DNA of 54,048 nucleotides, filler included, from Sphacelaria rigidula (taxonomy: Eukaryota), in the NCBI GenBank assembly GCA_964200075.2. It is 5 parts of 5 records of this genome, joined end to end, with 100 filler letters (N's around TTAATTAATTAA, not from the genome) between each part and the next. Parts side by side here need not be neighbours in the genome. Positions count along the whole stretch, not along the records: positions 1 to 10,732 come from CAXNAA020006015.1; positions 10,833 to 21,563 come from CAXNAA020006016.1; 3 more parts are not named here. One strand, 5' to 3'. The translations under genes and the position numbers were made by a program. Below are positions 1-12,399 of the stretch, piece by piece (the first letter of the stretch is position 1; each line of letters opens with the position of its first letter). The notes beneath the pieces were generated by a model. That model was given only the letters and a program-made list of their open reading frames with translations. It was not told the origin of the DNA and searched no databases.

Positions 1-1277
1 GGCCTTCGTCGGAGGACGGGGAACGGAGGAACCACCATTTTTCAGTGCAACCTGAGTTGTGGAGATCTCGCCTGTGACTGCGTGTTCTATAATTAAACTT
101 CGCACACTAATTAGGCAAAACACACAGGCAGTATATGTCCGAAGCATTCGCGCGATTGGGCCGGGGAACACCGTACAGCATGGCCCCAACCGGTTGCGGG
201 GAATACCGTCCATGCGCTCTCAAACCGGCCATGCAGCCGCCCAGACTTTGCACACTACAGGTGAACGCATATGTGCATGCGCGAATGCACAAACTTAGAC
301 AATTAGCGCGGCTGGGCGGCCGATGTCATAGAAAACTGGCACCGGTCTGGACTGCGGCCCTCTCTGGATCATGACCACCTGTAATGTACAGATCGGCACA
401 CAGTCTGTAGAGCTGCGCAGTTCATGACGCACGATCCTACCCGCACTGTAGCCGCTGCAAGGTGCTGAAACTTTGTTCATATGTTGCGTGAACCACAGTC
501 AATAGCTCCGCGTTGCAATATCTGGTATTTTGCCCTGCAGGACTGCGCACTAGAGGGGAAAGTGGTCGGATTCTGTTCCGAAAAAAAAAAATTCTTTTCT
601 TTTCGCGCAACACTGTGCAGCACTGCCTGCCAATTGCACTTGTTCGGAATGTAATAGTAGTACAGCAGCTCAGGTAACCCAGCAGGCACCAGACAGGTTT
701 GGCAAGATCTAAACACACGACTGTACAGTGACAGGCGCAGCACATGAGAGAACCGTCTGCATGTACCATTTTGCTTTTTGTGCCAAATTTAGGGCGCTGT
801 CTAAGTGTTAACCCTGAGACAGCGACCCCCCTGCCGGTAGACTAAGGTAGACACACCACTTCTTTGGTTCAGAATAATTTCCTTGTCACAACTCGAAATG
901 CCTACTCTACGGCGGAAGGGACCGGGAGTGCATAAGAGGCACATAGTTGTGAAAGTCATAAAACAGACGGTAGTGTGGTTGTCGACCACCTGATTATTAC
1001 GCCTCATATTTTTGCTGTGCAGTCTGTTGTGTACCGTGCCGCGGCTGCTCGTGCAGTCTGCAGCGCACTGGATCTTAAAGCAGTGTTGAACGTGCCGAGT
1101 GTACGCAGCGTGAGTTTGAATATCGCACCATGACTACCGCTGCGAACGCCCCTGACTACCGTAGAGAAATTGCTCTGATAGCGGTCGCCTCACCGTCGAT
1201 GTACTTGTCTACATCTACATGCGGAGGACACTCGTGGCTGCCGCTCGCGTGTTGCGCCATGACGTTTTATACCGGAT

Positions 1278-1721
1278 AACACGGGATCTTACATATTGGG
1301 CATGGATCTTTTATTGGGGATGAGAAACCTGGAGAATTAAAATCTTCGTATCTACACCAAATCTTCGAAATTTGGTTCTATTTCTTCACCTACTAATAGC
1401 TATTGACAACTGCTACACGTCACAGAAATTTCGATTTCAATCACCGACATTCTGGGGTCCTCGGTGAAAAACCAATGTTGGGGAATTCCGGGTGTCCGAA
1501 CGGACGCCAAAATGGTTCCGAAATTGATTTTTCACCAAGGACCCCAACATTTCGGTGATCGAAATCCAAATTTCTATGGCGTGTAGCAGTTGTCGATAGA
1601 CATCAGAAGGTGAAGAAATGAAACCGTATTTCGAAGATTTGGTTTGGATACGAAGATTTTAATTCCCCGAGTTTCTCATCCCCAATAAAAGATCCATCCT
1701 CAATTTGTAAGATGAAGTGTT
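1278..1721. mobile_element. Foldback / long-TIR non-autonomous DNA element with 4-bp TSD
   Basis: The roughly 200-bp left arm (aacacgggatcttacatattgggcatggatcttttattggggatgagaaac...) is the imperfect reverse complement of the right arm (...gtttctcatccccaataaaagatccatcctcaatttgtaagatgaagtgtt), with a short central spacer. GGAT lies immediately on both sides (1274-1277, 1722-1725). Confidence 0.85.
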
Positions 1722-2194
1722 GGATGGAGGTGTGGAGCTAGTAAGACGCTCAGGCAGTACTGAACAAACAGACGCAGTGTACCGGAGATGCTCGAACACC
1801 TGCTTTTGTGTTATAGAATATATGGTTGATTTGGCGTGATTAAAATGAGATTCGAGGGGAGACGGCGAATGTATCTACCAGCTGTCTACCTCTCCCGGAA
1901 CAAAAGTGCTCATTTTGACAACCGTGATTGGTCAAAATGGTCATCCCGCGCCTCTCGGGCCTCGTGCACGGCTCTAATTTTCCGTGGGAAACTTCCAAGC
2001 ACACATGGTTGACTCCGTGAGCTCCTCCGATGCTCCCCGGAGAGACATCCCCCCCTCTTGAAAATCACCCCCCCCAGCTCTGGAAACCCCCGGATGTCTC
2101 GGGACTGTCAGCCTGTACAATTGTTCCGAGGCGATGCTCGTCGTCTAAGGTTTAATTAGATCCTCAAGCGTCAAGAATCGTCCCCCAATTCTGA

Positions 2195-3079
2195 GGGCGT
2201 ATCTTACGGCCTGTCTCAGCACAACATTACTTTTCGATCGAAATTGTGCGGTAGAAAGCAAAGTTCCGATCTGATAGGTCGTAATTTCAACCATCACTCG
2301 GCACTTTTCTTTTCGATCGAAAAAATGGGGCGGTGGTATCGATTTGAGTGAAAATTTCTCGTTTTGATGCAGCTGGGTCTAGATGGATTTATAAGCTTTC
2401 GATCGAAAAAAAACAGTGAAATTCGTGAAACGGTACATGGTCACTCGTGTACAGTACAGACAGTCTGTACTGTCCGCACTGCTTGCAAGCAGGGTGTCTT
2501 TCGTACAGGAGGATATAAAGGAGAAGCAGGCAACGTGCAGTGCAGACAGCCCGGGACTATGAGTTTTCTCTGCTTACAATGCGACGTGAAAAGGACTTCT
2601 GCGACGTGCAGCTTTGTACTGCCTGCACTGTCCATGAGCAACTCGGTTGCCCACCGTACCACGCAGTTCCGTTTGCTGATCCCTACCATGAAAGAAAATG
2701 CGCAAGTTTTCGCCAACAAAAAATAAACAAAGCACATGCGACTACTGGAGTGTATCTATCCCTGTGCTCAACTTGTGCTTCATGTTGCAGGGCTGCGGTG
2801 GTAGCTGAGAATGAATTGGATGGAATTTGCATGGTCCTTTGAACAGGTGTTATTTGGCGTGGTGGTCTGTAAGATGGGAGTCTAGTGCCGCTTCGTGCCT
2901 TTCGAAGCATATTATCGATCGAAAACGACTGTTTTTGACCTCGTTGCATTCTTCTTCGCGCGCCGCTAATTATAATTTCGAGTTGAAGCCTGCAAGAAAC
3001 ATGAATGCGGTGGACCTATCAGATCGGAAAAAATATGTCGACCGCACTTTTTCAATCGAAAAAAAATCTAAGACCACCC
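2195..3079. mobile_element. PIF/Harbinger-type non-autonomous element(s), nested
   Basis: The termini gggcgtatctta / taagaccaccc are flanked by TGA on both sides (2192-2194, 3080-3082). The subterminal inverted motifs (ttttcgatcgaaa..gtgcggt..ccgatctgataggtc and its reverse complement) recur at about 9460 and 10530 and in part at 31662. Confidence 0.65.
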
Positions 3080-3283
3080 TGAGCGCTTGACCAACATTTT
3101 GCAATTTTGTGGATACATTCAGAATTTTGGGGGGTCTGAATCTTGACGATTTTGTTCCATAAGACCAACTCGAATAAAAGCCGTTCGAAATTCCCGTTGA
3201 AAATTGCCTTTTGGGTCTTTCTCCGTCGATTTACGCCCGAAAAGAGGGCTAGGTGGACGTTGACGCCTTGGGATGACGTGCTA

Positions 3284-3539
3284 TGTAGCCAAATGATACC
3301 GACCCGTAGGTTTCAGTATAATCGCATGCATGATTGGGACAGTGGCAGGGGACAGAGGATCCTGGATCGACGACCCTTATCTGTGTGGCCCCTTGCTGTC
3401 TGGCTCTTGATGTGGTCTGTTTCTGAATCACTTCGTGATAACAAGTTAGAAGAAAGGACTTGTCGAGCACGAGGCCAGTGCTATTGGAGGAGTCCCTCGT
3501 TGATGGTCCTCTTGTCCAGATCGTCTGGCAGAGGCTGCA
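3284..3539 (+). repeat. 5' LTR
   Basis: tgtagccaaatgatacc...tctggcagaggctgca, a direct repeat of 7102-7360. Confidence 0.93.
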
Positions 3540-3716
3540 ATATCGAGATATTATTCTTCCGGCACTCTGCTTGAGGGGTTTGGCTGAGGAGAAAAGTGGG
3601 CCGCAGCTGAAAGCCGGTTTAGCCCGCAGACGGGGAGATCAGCTTGAAGCGCACAGCAGTGGGGGACGCTCCGCGGGTTGGAGGACGCACAAGTCAGGTA
3701 AGAGTCTCTCAGTGAA

Positions 3717-4987
3717 GTGTTGAATTCTTGTCGATATTTCTCAAGCGGCGGTAGCGTCGATATTTCTCAAGCGGCGGTAGCGCCGCTGGTGTTAGGTGAG
3801 CCACTAGAGCCGCCAAAGTATGGCGAAGTGTGGACTCAAGAAGCGTCAAGAATTTTCTATGCAAAGTATATTGACTACATGGAGAGGTTATATTTGGCCA
3901 ATGCAACAGGAGTCGTACGGCACAAGAGAGCGAGCATCGGACAACTCATCCTCACTTGTATTCACCGGTTCTTTGAAGATATGTACAAGGACCGTCGGGC
4001 TATGACCCCCGACGATTCGCTAGATGCTGTGAAGCAGCATGCCAGGTACACCACAACCGGCGGTAAGCATGACACTGCGCGGGCTGCAGCAGACCTACGT
4101 AGAATTCTTACTTTGCCCTAAAGCGGTGAAAAATCTGTGAAGGATCGTGCCATGGTGGTCAGTTCATCGATGGAAACGTTTTTCGCAGAAAACCTTACGG
4201 TGCAAGCCATGTACCGTGCGGAGGACAGGGGTTGGTTGCCACGCCCGGCCGGGTCGGTTTCCACAGCTTTGGTGGACGGGATTTACCCTCCGGAATTTAA
4301 GGCATATGTTAGAAGTGTACTAACGTATGTTGACGGTGGAAAAAGAATCCGACGGTGGTGTTCAACGAAACATTTAATTCCGCCGATCAGTGGAAGTTCA
4401 TGGAAGCACATGGCCGGCGCGATTCTGCAACAAGTGCAGGTGGTGCGCGCCGCAAACAGCAACAGCAACAGCAACAGCAGCAGTCTTCCCGAGCGTCGTC
4501 CACTCGCGCGTGTTACAACTGCGGCCACACCGGACATCTGATCGATGACTGCCCCAAGCCTCGCGCTCAAGGCGTTGCCCAAGGAAATGCGCGAGATTCA
4601 TCAGGATCTCGGGGCGGTCGTCGCGGAGGACGGAGCCGTGCCAACCAGGGGCGCGGGCGCGGCGGTCGCGGTAGCGAGCAATCGGCGGCGGATGGTGGTT
4701 CCTCCTCTGCTGTTTTTTTCACTACGTCACCAGGTGGTGACTCTGGATCTTATGGTACGTCCGTGGCGGGGCGGACAGTATACATGGGAAATACAAATAC
4801 TTCGGTACGGAGTGCTGGAGCGAACTGTTCGCAACCCCTCGGCCAGGCAGGATCCGTGTCTGGTGCATCTCCTACTGTGGCAACGGCTGTAACAGCGCCG
4901 TCTGCATATTCGGGGTGTAGTCTGGTTGGACCGACGAACTGCAGTTATCGATCTCAAGTACTGGAGGACAGCCCTGGCGTCAGGTGA
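3717..4987 (+). pseudogene. gag: gag remnant with CCHC zinc knuckle
   Basis: ORFs 3717-4121, 4137-4541 and 4355-4987. A poly-Q run is followed by CYNCGHTGHLIDDC (CX2CX4HX4C). Interrupted by a stop and a frameshift. Confidence 0.85.
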
Positions 4988-5019
4988 CTCTTGGTACCGA
5001 CTAAGGTTCTTCGGCAGGC

Positions 5020-7062
5020 GTGGTACCTGTCAATCGTAAGACTGGATGCCTACGCGCAGAGTTATCCTTGGCTGGTTCTGCAGGTTCGTTCATGGCCCGC
5101 GTTATTCTGCATTCCGGGTCTGCGCTCACGTCGATCGGTTTGGGGTTACTAGACCAAATGTCTTCGCAGTTTGGCGGCGCTCAGCTTCAGATTCCATTCA
5201 AAAACGGACCGCAAATGGCGCAGACTGCCACGGGTGCTCCCGTGACGGTTACACATAAAACTGTGCCGATTACTGTCAGCGTGCGTACGCCGTGGGGGGG
5301 TGTGCAGTTGCAGCCCATTACCCTTGCTGTCATGCCCGGCAAGGACAACGTGGTTCTATTTGGGATGGCGACGATGAAGGAGTTCGGGATTGATTTGTAC
5401 CTGCTGGCGTTAGATAAGTGACACCCGCGTGCTGTGCCGGTGCAAACCGGCGTGGAAATTCCCGTCTATCTTGCTGCAAGGCGTGTAACCGTATCCATAC
5501 GATCATTCCAGAGCGCCAATGAGGAGGAGGCCCCTGCGGATGAAGCGGTGAAGCGCTTGGTTGATCGGGGGCCCGACATGTTCGTGGACCCAGCGGAAGA
5601 GAGGGGTGCAAGAGAACGTGCGCTAGCGGAAAGCGTGCAGCAGGCCGAGCAAAAGGACCTGAGCGCCGATGGCGCACATTGTCTGCGTGATATTTTGGCT
5701 CGTCGTGTGGATACATTTCGTCGTGCGCTACGTGGTGATTCACCAGCGCGCGTAGACAAACCTCAAGCCACAGGCAAATGCGTGAAGGTCAAGCCCAGAC
5801 GCTATGATCCGGTAAAGACCGTGTGGCTTGCGTCATGCATCGCAGCTTTATTGGCGTTTGTTTTAATGGTCAGGGACGTCCAGGCTGTGTGGGCGAGTCC
5901 GGCGATGGCGGTGCCGAAGAGGGACACATTCCGTTTGGTCAGCGACTATCAGGTGGTGAACGCGCAAGTGGAACAGTCTCCGGGGATGATGCCAAGCCAA
6001 GAAGACATGCGGTAGTTGCTAGGAGCCCAGTGCTTCGTCTAGTTGGACCTGCTACAGGGGTATTGGCAGATGCCTCTGGTGAAGGAGGCTCAGGAGATCT
6101 TCACGATCGTCACGCCGGACGGTTTGTTTACGCCTACTCGTGTCCCGCAGGGCGTGTTAAACGCCACGGCGTATTTCCGAGGTTTGCTGACTGACATTTT
6201 GCGAGGTCTAGACTGTAAAGTGTGGGTGGATGACACGTTTTCTATTTTGCTGAAACTGAAGAAGCATTATGAGATTTGCTACACGAAATTCTTGGCGGCT
6301 TGGTGAGTGTCGGCCTCTTCGTCGCTGCGCATAAGTGCACTTGTTTTGCCCGGGAAGTGGTTTGGTGTGGTAAGGTGTACTCCAAGGGTACTGTTTTGCA
6401 TGATCCCGTCCGCATCCAAGGTTTGAGCAATATGCAACGTCCTCAAACCGCAAGTGAGCTGATGCAGTTTCTGCAGGCGGTAAATTGGTTGCAGACTTCG
6501 CTCTCGCGCATGGCAGAAGTCGTTGCGCCGCTTCGAGTATTTCTGAAACAACCCATGATCGAGGCTTTGCGTTGGACCAAGCGGGCGGCGCGTAATAGTA
6601 ACATCCCGGAGGACGCTTGGACGGACGATCATGTGCGGACATGGCGTACTGCGCAAGATTCGGTGGCGCAAGCGGTGCCGCTGTATCATCCTCGTCCAGG
6701 CGTTTTACGCGCTGGCTTCTGTCACTGGTGGCGAGTGGAACGTCGATGTCATGGATGCTGCTTCGTTGCGCGACAAAGTTCGAGGCGTGGATGACGAGCA
6801 AGTGCAGTTTTGTAACGAAGTGCAAGCTGCTGTCGCAGTGTCTCGCGAAACCAAGCGCAAGCTTGCTCAGGGCAAGGCTGTGTTGCTCAAGTTTGCAGTT
6901 GGCGATTTCGTATTGTATGTCCGTGTTCGTAGGAAAACTCTGACGCCAAAGTTGATGTCCACGTGGACAGGTCCGTGGCAAGTGGTCAGAACCGATCACG
7001 CTCACGTGTATTCTGTGCAGAACATTGTTTCTGGCGCTGTGCACTTGGCCCATATCGCTTGA
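5020..7062 (+). pseudogene. pol: pol remnant (aspartic protease, RT, integrase C-terminus)
   Basis: Protease ILHSGS (catalytic D replaced by H). RT motifs WASPAMAVPK..FRLVSDY, DLLQGYWQ, RVPQG, VWVDD. Integrase C-terminal FAVGDFVL..KLMSTWTGPWQVV. RNase H and the integrase core are missing at a junction near 6700. Confidence 0.92.
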
Positions 7063-7101
7063 CAAGCTCGTTCGTTTATCTCGAACTCGCTTTGAGGGTG
7101 C

Positions 7102-7360
7102 TGTAGACAAATGATACCGAGCCGTAGGTTTTAGTATAATCGCATGCATGATTGGAGCAGTGGAAGGGGACAGGGGATCCTGGATTGATGACCTTCATCT
7201 GTGTGGCCCTTTGCTGTCTGGCTGTTGGTGTGGTCTGTTTCTGGATCACTCCGTGATAACAAAAAGTTAGAAGAAAGGACTTATCGAACATGAGGCCAGT
7301 GCTATTGGAGGAGTCCCTCGTTGATGGTCGTCTTGTCCAGATCGTCTGGCAAAGGCTTCA
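7102..7360 (+). repeat. 3' LTR
   Basis: tgtagacaaatgatacc...tctggcaaaggcttca, preceded by a short degenerate purine tract gaggg. Confidence 0.93.
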
Positions 7361-7814
7361 ACTCTACTCGTTGAGACCTTTCCAGTGCAACTTTGCATTG
7401 ACCGCCGGCCGCAGTCTTGTTTTCGCTCAAACCATACCCAACACGGATTTTCAGTACAAAACGATCAGGTGTGTAATGCGTGAGAGGACCGCGTGCTTCT
7501 TAGAGGACCGCATGGCACTTCGAAACACCTGAGGATCGACGTTTTTCAAAACCGATTGGGCCAGTCTCTGCAGGGACCACGCCCCTGACCCCAACCTCAA
7601 TAATAATTCTATCACTAACCCTAACCATAGGGATGTTCATATTCCAAAATAATCCTCTAGGCACGCGGTCCTCTCACATATAAGATGATAGAAAATTCTC
7701 CCTCCTTCCTCATCGCTCGACCGTTCCTAATTGAAAATCCGTGTTTGGTCAAAAATAAAAGTGAGGCCAGCTGGAAATGCAAAATTGATCTGGAACGGTC
7801 TCGATGAGTAGAGT
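7361..7814. mobile_element. MITE with long imperfect TIRs, containing a nested small TIR element (about 7478-7679)
   Basis: Outer TIRs are actctactcgttgagacc... / ...ggtctcgatgagtagagt. Inner TIRs are gtgagaggaccgcgtgc / gcacgcggtcctctcac, with an internal ctaaccctaacc. Confidence 0.75.
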
Positions 7815-8004
7815 AAGTTATTCCAAGCCGTCAACATCCGCCTAGCGGTGTTTTCAGGCGTCAAACGACGACGAAGGAGCAAAAAAGTAGTTGAAGAGAC
7901 AAACTTTGAACGGCCCCCAATAGAGTCGGTCTAAAAAGTTGAAAAGTTAAATCTGAGCGGCTCCCATTAGAGTCGGTTTTCGGCCGTGTCTTCGGTCGTG
8001 TCTT

Positions 8005-9400
8005 AGGGCGTGTCTCAGCACTTTCTTTTTCGGTCGAAAACATGGGGCGATGGATTGTGGAATCAACATGAGACAAGATGGCCGCTTCGGGTCCGGCGAA
8101 GATACCGTCGAACAGAAGTACCAAACGTTTCTGGGATTGGCATCAGGCAGTCCGTGGAGAATGGAACAGAAATCGACACGTTACCGTTCGTATTAGAAAA
8201 CGATGCGCATGAAAAGCTTTGCATTTTGAAAACACGTATTTTTGTGTAGAAGAAACTTTCCGTACCCCCATCAGTGTTGCATGCGCTTGTAAAACCTCTA
8301 CCGCCGTTCATCAATACCTGGTGGGGGGACAGGGAAGCCGTCCTCCCTCAGGACGTGAGATTCGTCTGAATTGGGTGGATGTAGTTGAGAAAAATCAACT
8401 GTTTAGCTTTTATACCTGTTGCGAACTTCGGTCGGGAGTAAGTACGGTAGAGCAACAAAAGCTAGCAATAATCGGATTTCCCTGCCGTACTACCGACAGC
8501 GTTGCGTGAAAGCCACGCAACCTTTGCTGTCGGCGGTTGATGGCGTGGATCCCAAATGCAACGACAAGCGGTTGATCGTAGAGCACTCTCACCCCAGCTT
8601 GTAATGCATGAACTCCTCACATCGGAATAATTTTGGAAAGCTACTCGTACTGTACCGAGGTATTCACGCGACCAGCGTGTGCTCCAGATTGCAGCATGGA
8701 CGGACTCTTATATGCCACGCTAGCAACATTTAGGTCACCCCCATAGGTATATTTTTGCACTCCGCATGTCAAGAAGGTCTCTACAAGAGTTTGATCTCTC
8801 ATACACCCCCTCAACTGGCGTGTGGCACGCTGTTGTGGTCGGGCACCCAGAGGGTCAGATGTGGGTAAAATCAACAATGAATAACACTCCCCAAGTTCAC
8901 ATTGAATCTATTTGTTATTGCCGCAGCACCGCCCTTGCTGACATGTGTGTGACAGAGAACAGGAGTAGCGGTGACGGGAGCATAACCCTGTTTTTCAACG
9001 ACATGTTTTTCAGCGCATAGAGGCGCGTCCTGTCCCAAAGAAGAGGCAGAGAGAATCGATCTTCGCATTGATGAGCTCGACAGGCAATTGTAGAAATAGA
9101 GGAGATCTCTCCGCAGCTCGATGTCCTTGCACATGAAAAATTGGGCACATGCTGGTAGCATGCATGATGCCAGTCTCTCGAGCGATTGGCAATCGCCGAG
9201 CGAGGACACACGAAGGACACGGGCGAGGAGCTTCCTCTCTGTCGTTCCTCCTCTCTATGGTGATATCGTCATCGACACGCGTGTACACTGCATTCGCTAG
9301 GTGCACCTAGCCACAGCTGCTTGACTGCGGCGGACATTTGGGGGGGGAAATGGCTTCGCTCGGTCGTGAGTGTGTCGCGTCATCCCTGCAAAAAAGAAAT
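8005..9400 (-). mobile_element. Possible relic of a Harbinger/ISL2EU-like transposon
   Basis: A TIR head (tta-gggcgtgtctcagcac) at 8005 belongs to the same family as 2195/2207. Minus-strand fragments such as ADSKGCVAF and HVLREDG only loosely recall DDE_Tnp_4 motifs. The sequence is heavily decayed. Confidence 0.3.
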
Positions 9401-9604
9401 GCCACTTGAACCTCATATTTGAGATGGACCACATTTTCCAGGATCCACTGTTATCAGTTTTCGATCGAAAAGGTGCGGTGGATGACATATATCCCGATCT
9501 GATAGGTCGTGATTGTACACACTTTCAAAATAAAACACCGTACGGTAGTTGAAATTACTACGAGCTGGGCCGCCCAAGAAGCCACCAGGAATGTTGAAAC
9601 GTAC

Positions 9605-10212
9605 TTTCTTCGCTCCATTTTGGATAGTTTTTGATGAACGTTTGACACGATGTACAGGATGTACGTGCAAATACCAAACCTTTCCCCCATGTTTCGTTGT
9701 TTTTTTTCTCCGTGAGTTATTGGCAATTTTGTTCCGAAAACAAATGTTCTGAAATCTCCGTCATCAATAACTCACGAAAAAAAAGAAGCATAGAGGGAAA
9801 AACCAGGTACTCGCACATATGTCCTGCCTATCGTGTCAAGATTTCATCGAAAGCGATCCGAAATCCAGCGAAGAAAATGCGTCATTCCGTCGACAACCGG
9901 TGACTAAAGTATGTAGAGGTGGACCAGTTACAAATAATTCAAGCGCATTTATGCTGTTGGATTTCAAGCTGTCTTCGATGAAATTTTGACACGATGTACA
10001 GGACGTACGTGCGAATACCGAATCTTTCCTCCCATGTTTTTTTTTTTATTTTCTTCGTGAGCGATTGTCAATTTTGTTCCGAAAAAATGTTCTGAAATGT
10101 CCCGTTTTCGATAACTCACGACGAGGACAAAAAAACATACGGCAGGAACGAAGGGGTGTTTGCACATAAGTCCGGTACATTATTTCAAAATTTCATCGAA
10201 AACGATTGAATA
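9605..10212. repeat. Two tandem palindromic (foldback) units of about 250-270 bp
   Basis: Unit 1 spans 9605-9876 and unit 2 about 9958-10212. Each has arms ...gatgaa..ttgacacgatgtacagga..tacgtgc..cgtgag and their imperfect reverse complement around a short loop (gttccgaaaa..atgttctgaaat). Confidence 0.8.
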
Positions 10213-10732
10213 TTGATCTCGGAAACTGTGCGACAGCTTGTGCGGTTCCGCGCGGCACAAAACTGACTGTATCCGACAATCCAATCTCACCCGTTTTTTT
10301 TGCTAATTCTCATTGTACCCTCAGCTCTACACTTTCGTACTTGGCTACCGTTTGGTATTTCGTTAAATGAGACATTGTGGAGTCGCAGTGCTACATGGAT
10401 TCGAAGACGCGCGCTGATTCGCTGATTACCACGATGTGTCATAGTAGGCACAACTCGCGAAACATCGTCAGTTAGAACGGGCTGAAGGAAAGTGAGCTTC
10501 TTAGGCGACCCAGCCTGTATTAATACCTCCTATCAGGTCGGAGTTTTCCGTTACCACCGCACATTTTTTATCGAAAAATATTGTTTTTTTTCGAACGAAA
10601 AAGTGCGGTGGAAACAGAAATGGCAAGGCACACTGACTGCAGTCAGGGTCTCATCGCGTTCCGACTAATGCCGAGATAGCCCCCCCACAAAAAGTGCACC
10701 GGCACCATCCAACGAACCGGCTGCGATCCCAC

Positions 10733-10832
10733 NNNNNNNNNNNNNNNNNNNNNNNNNNNNNNNNNNNNNNNNNNNNTTAATTAATTAANNNNNNNNNNNN
10801 NNNNNNNNNNNNNNNNNNNNNNNNNNNNNNNN
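10733..10832. other. Artificial contig spacer (100 bp N with TTAATTAATTAA)
   Basis: Identical spacers occur at 21564, 32394 and 43222. Confidence 0.99.
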
Positions 10833-12399
10833 CATCCAGGATCCTACATGCTACATCTACTACGCCTTGGTGTATTTTGGCTACAAGACCATCGAAAGCA
10901 CAGGCAGCGGAACACGTCACGGTAAGCATCACATCTAGCGGATGTTACCACTTAGCATGCATTGTCTCCCCGTTCCTTGTCATCATATCCAACGACAACA
11001 TTGCCCACTTTTCACTTTACCTAAGCACGCACAGGGAGCCGACGGCTTGACATCAACCCTTGTGCCAACACCAGATCGCATGTCGCCGTGTACAGCATGA
11101 GACAACCCATCACATATGTCAGTCACTTCCTCATGTACAAAACAGAAAGTAACACCATATGAAACCTTCAACGACAATTGGACATGGTGAACACACAAAA
11201 GACCACAGCTCAGTCTTACGTCACGCTACTTGTCCTGTTAAAGACTGACAACAACCCGACACCTTCACGTTCGACGTAGCTTCGCATGAAACCCCACGCC
11301 TGCATGTCACTTCTTCATTTCTTCGTCTTCCCAATTTAACCAGAAAGGAATGCACGCCTTCATGCCACTCCCCAGGATCATGGCGAAATTCCGCTACCCC
11401 ACGCCACCTGCCATGCGCCATGTTACAAGCACCTTCAACACCTCCGCGCCACTTCTCCATCACGACACGAACGAAACCCGAGGTCAACATCTTCAAGCCA
11501 CTCTCATTTCATCGGAGCCCTCCCTTGCAACTTACGGCCTCATATGCTCGAGCAAAGGCCAAGTCAACATAGCTGTCGGTATCTCCTCATGTACGATATA
11601 TAAGACAAGGTGAGCACCTTGGCGTCACTCTTAATGTACAAATCCAAACCCGAACCCTTGTGCACCTTTCGGGAGATCCCCCATGTGCCACAACGAAGAA
11701 CGACTCCCCTTGCCTGCGATCACGTAGTGAATCACGCACAAAAACGAATCACGCAACTGTCATGTTCGAATAGCTCACGTACAGAATGAAAACGAGTAGA
11801 CGCTCGAACGCCGCTGGTCCTAAAGCTACTCGTTTCTTGTTCAACATCGAAGCAATGCTAAGCGCCGTATATTAATGCCGCACATCATGCGTACAGCCAA
11901 ATGAAACCCAATACCCTCCGATACCCACAACCTTCAACAACATAAAACATCAAGTCGGCTCGACGCCTTCACACCAGTCATGATGCCCGAAATCAAACGC
12001 AAACTTTCCCACACTCTCTTGAATCCTCATGCGGAACACTAAAGGAACACAACTGCCACAAGCAACGAGTGGCCAATGCCATCACACATGTCCCAGTCAG
12101 CGTGTATTTACTGCCGGGTCCACCGGTTTCAAGTGAAAACAAATACAGTCATCGAGTGCACGCCCAAGGCAACGTGGTGTGGAACCGCCCGCGGTTCATT
12201 TCCTCATGGTCAAGACCTGCGAGCGACATCGACACTACGTTCAAAATAATTACATATTTCAGAAGACGCCATTTCGGTATGCACAGTACGAGACGACCCA
12301 TGCGTCTTATTCGTGAATCGCCATGTACAAAGCAGAAACTAGCACAGCATGACCCCCGCCAGCCAACATTTACGCCCTTGGCTTAATGTGACTAACCCT

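Larger units (their letters stand above)
3284..7360 (+). mobile_element. Ty3/gypsy LTR retrotransposon, degenerate and internally deleted
   Basis: Two direct LTRs (3284-3539, 7102-7360) with TG...CA ends enclose gag (zinc knuckle), protease, RT and the integrase C-terminus, in gypsy order. There are many stops and frameshifts. Confidence 0.95.

Noticed and set aside
4456..4483. Poly-Q (CAA/CAG) tract as part of a host gene
   Set aside because: It lies in retrotransposon gag, just before the zinc knuckle.
6208..7149. 313-aa minus-strand ORF
   Set aside because: It is the antisense shadow of the gypsy pol and has no motif of its own.
10777..10788. Regularly spaced TTAATTAATTAA motif about every 10.83 kb
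   Set aside because: It is an assembly linker inside N runs, not biological periodicity.
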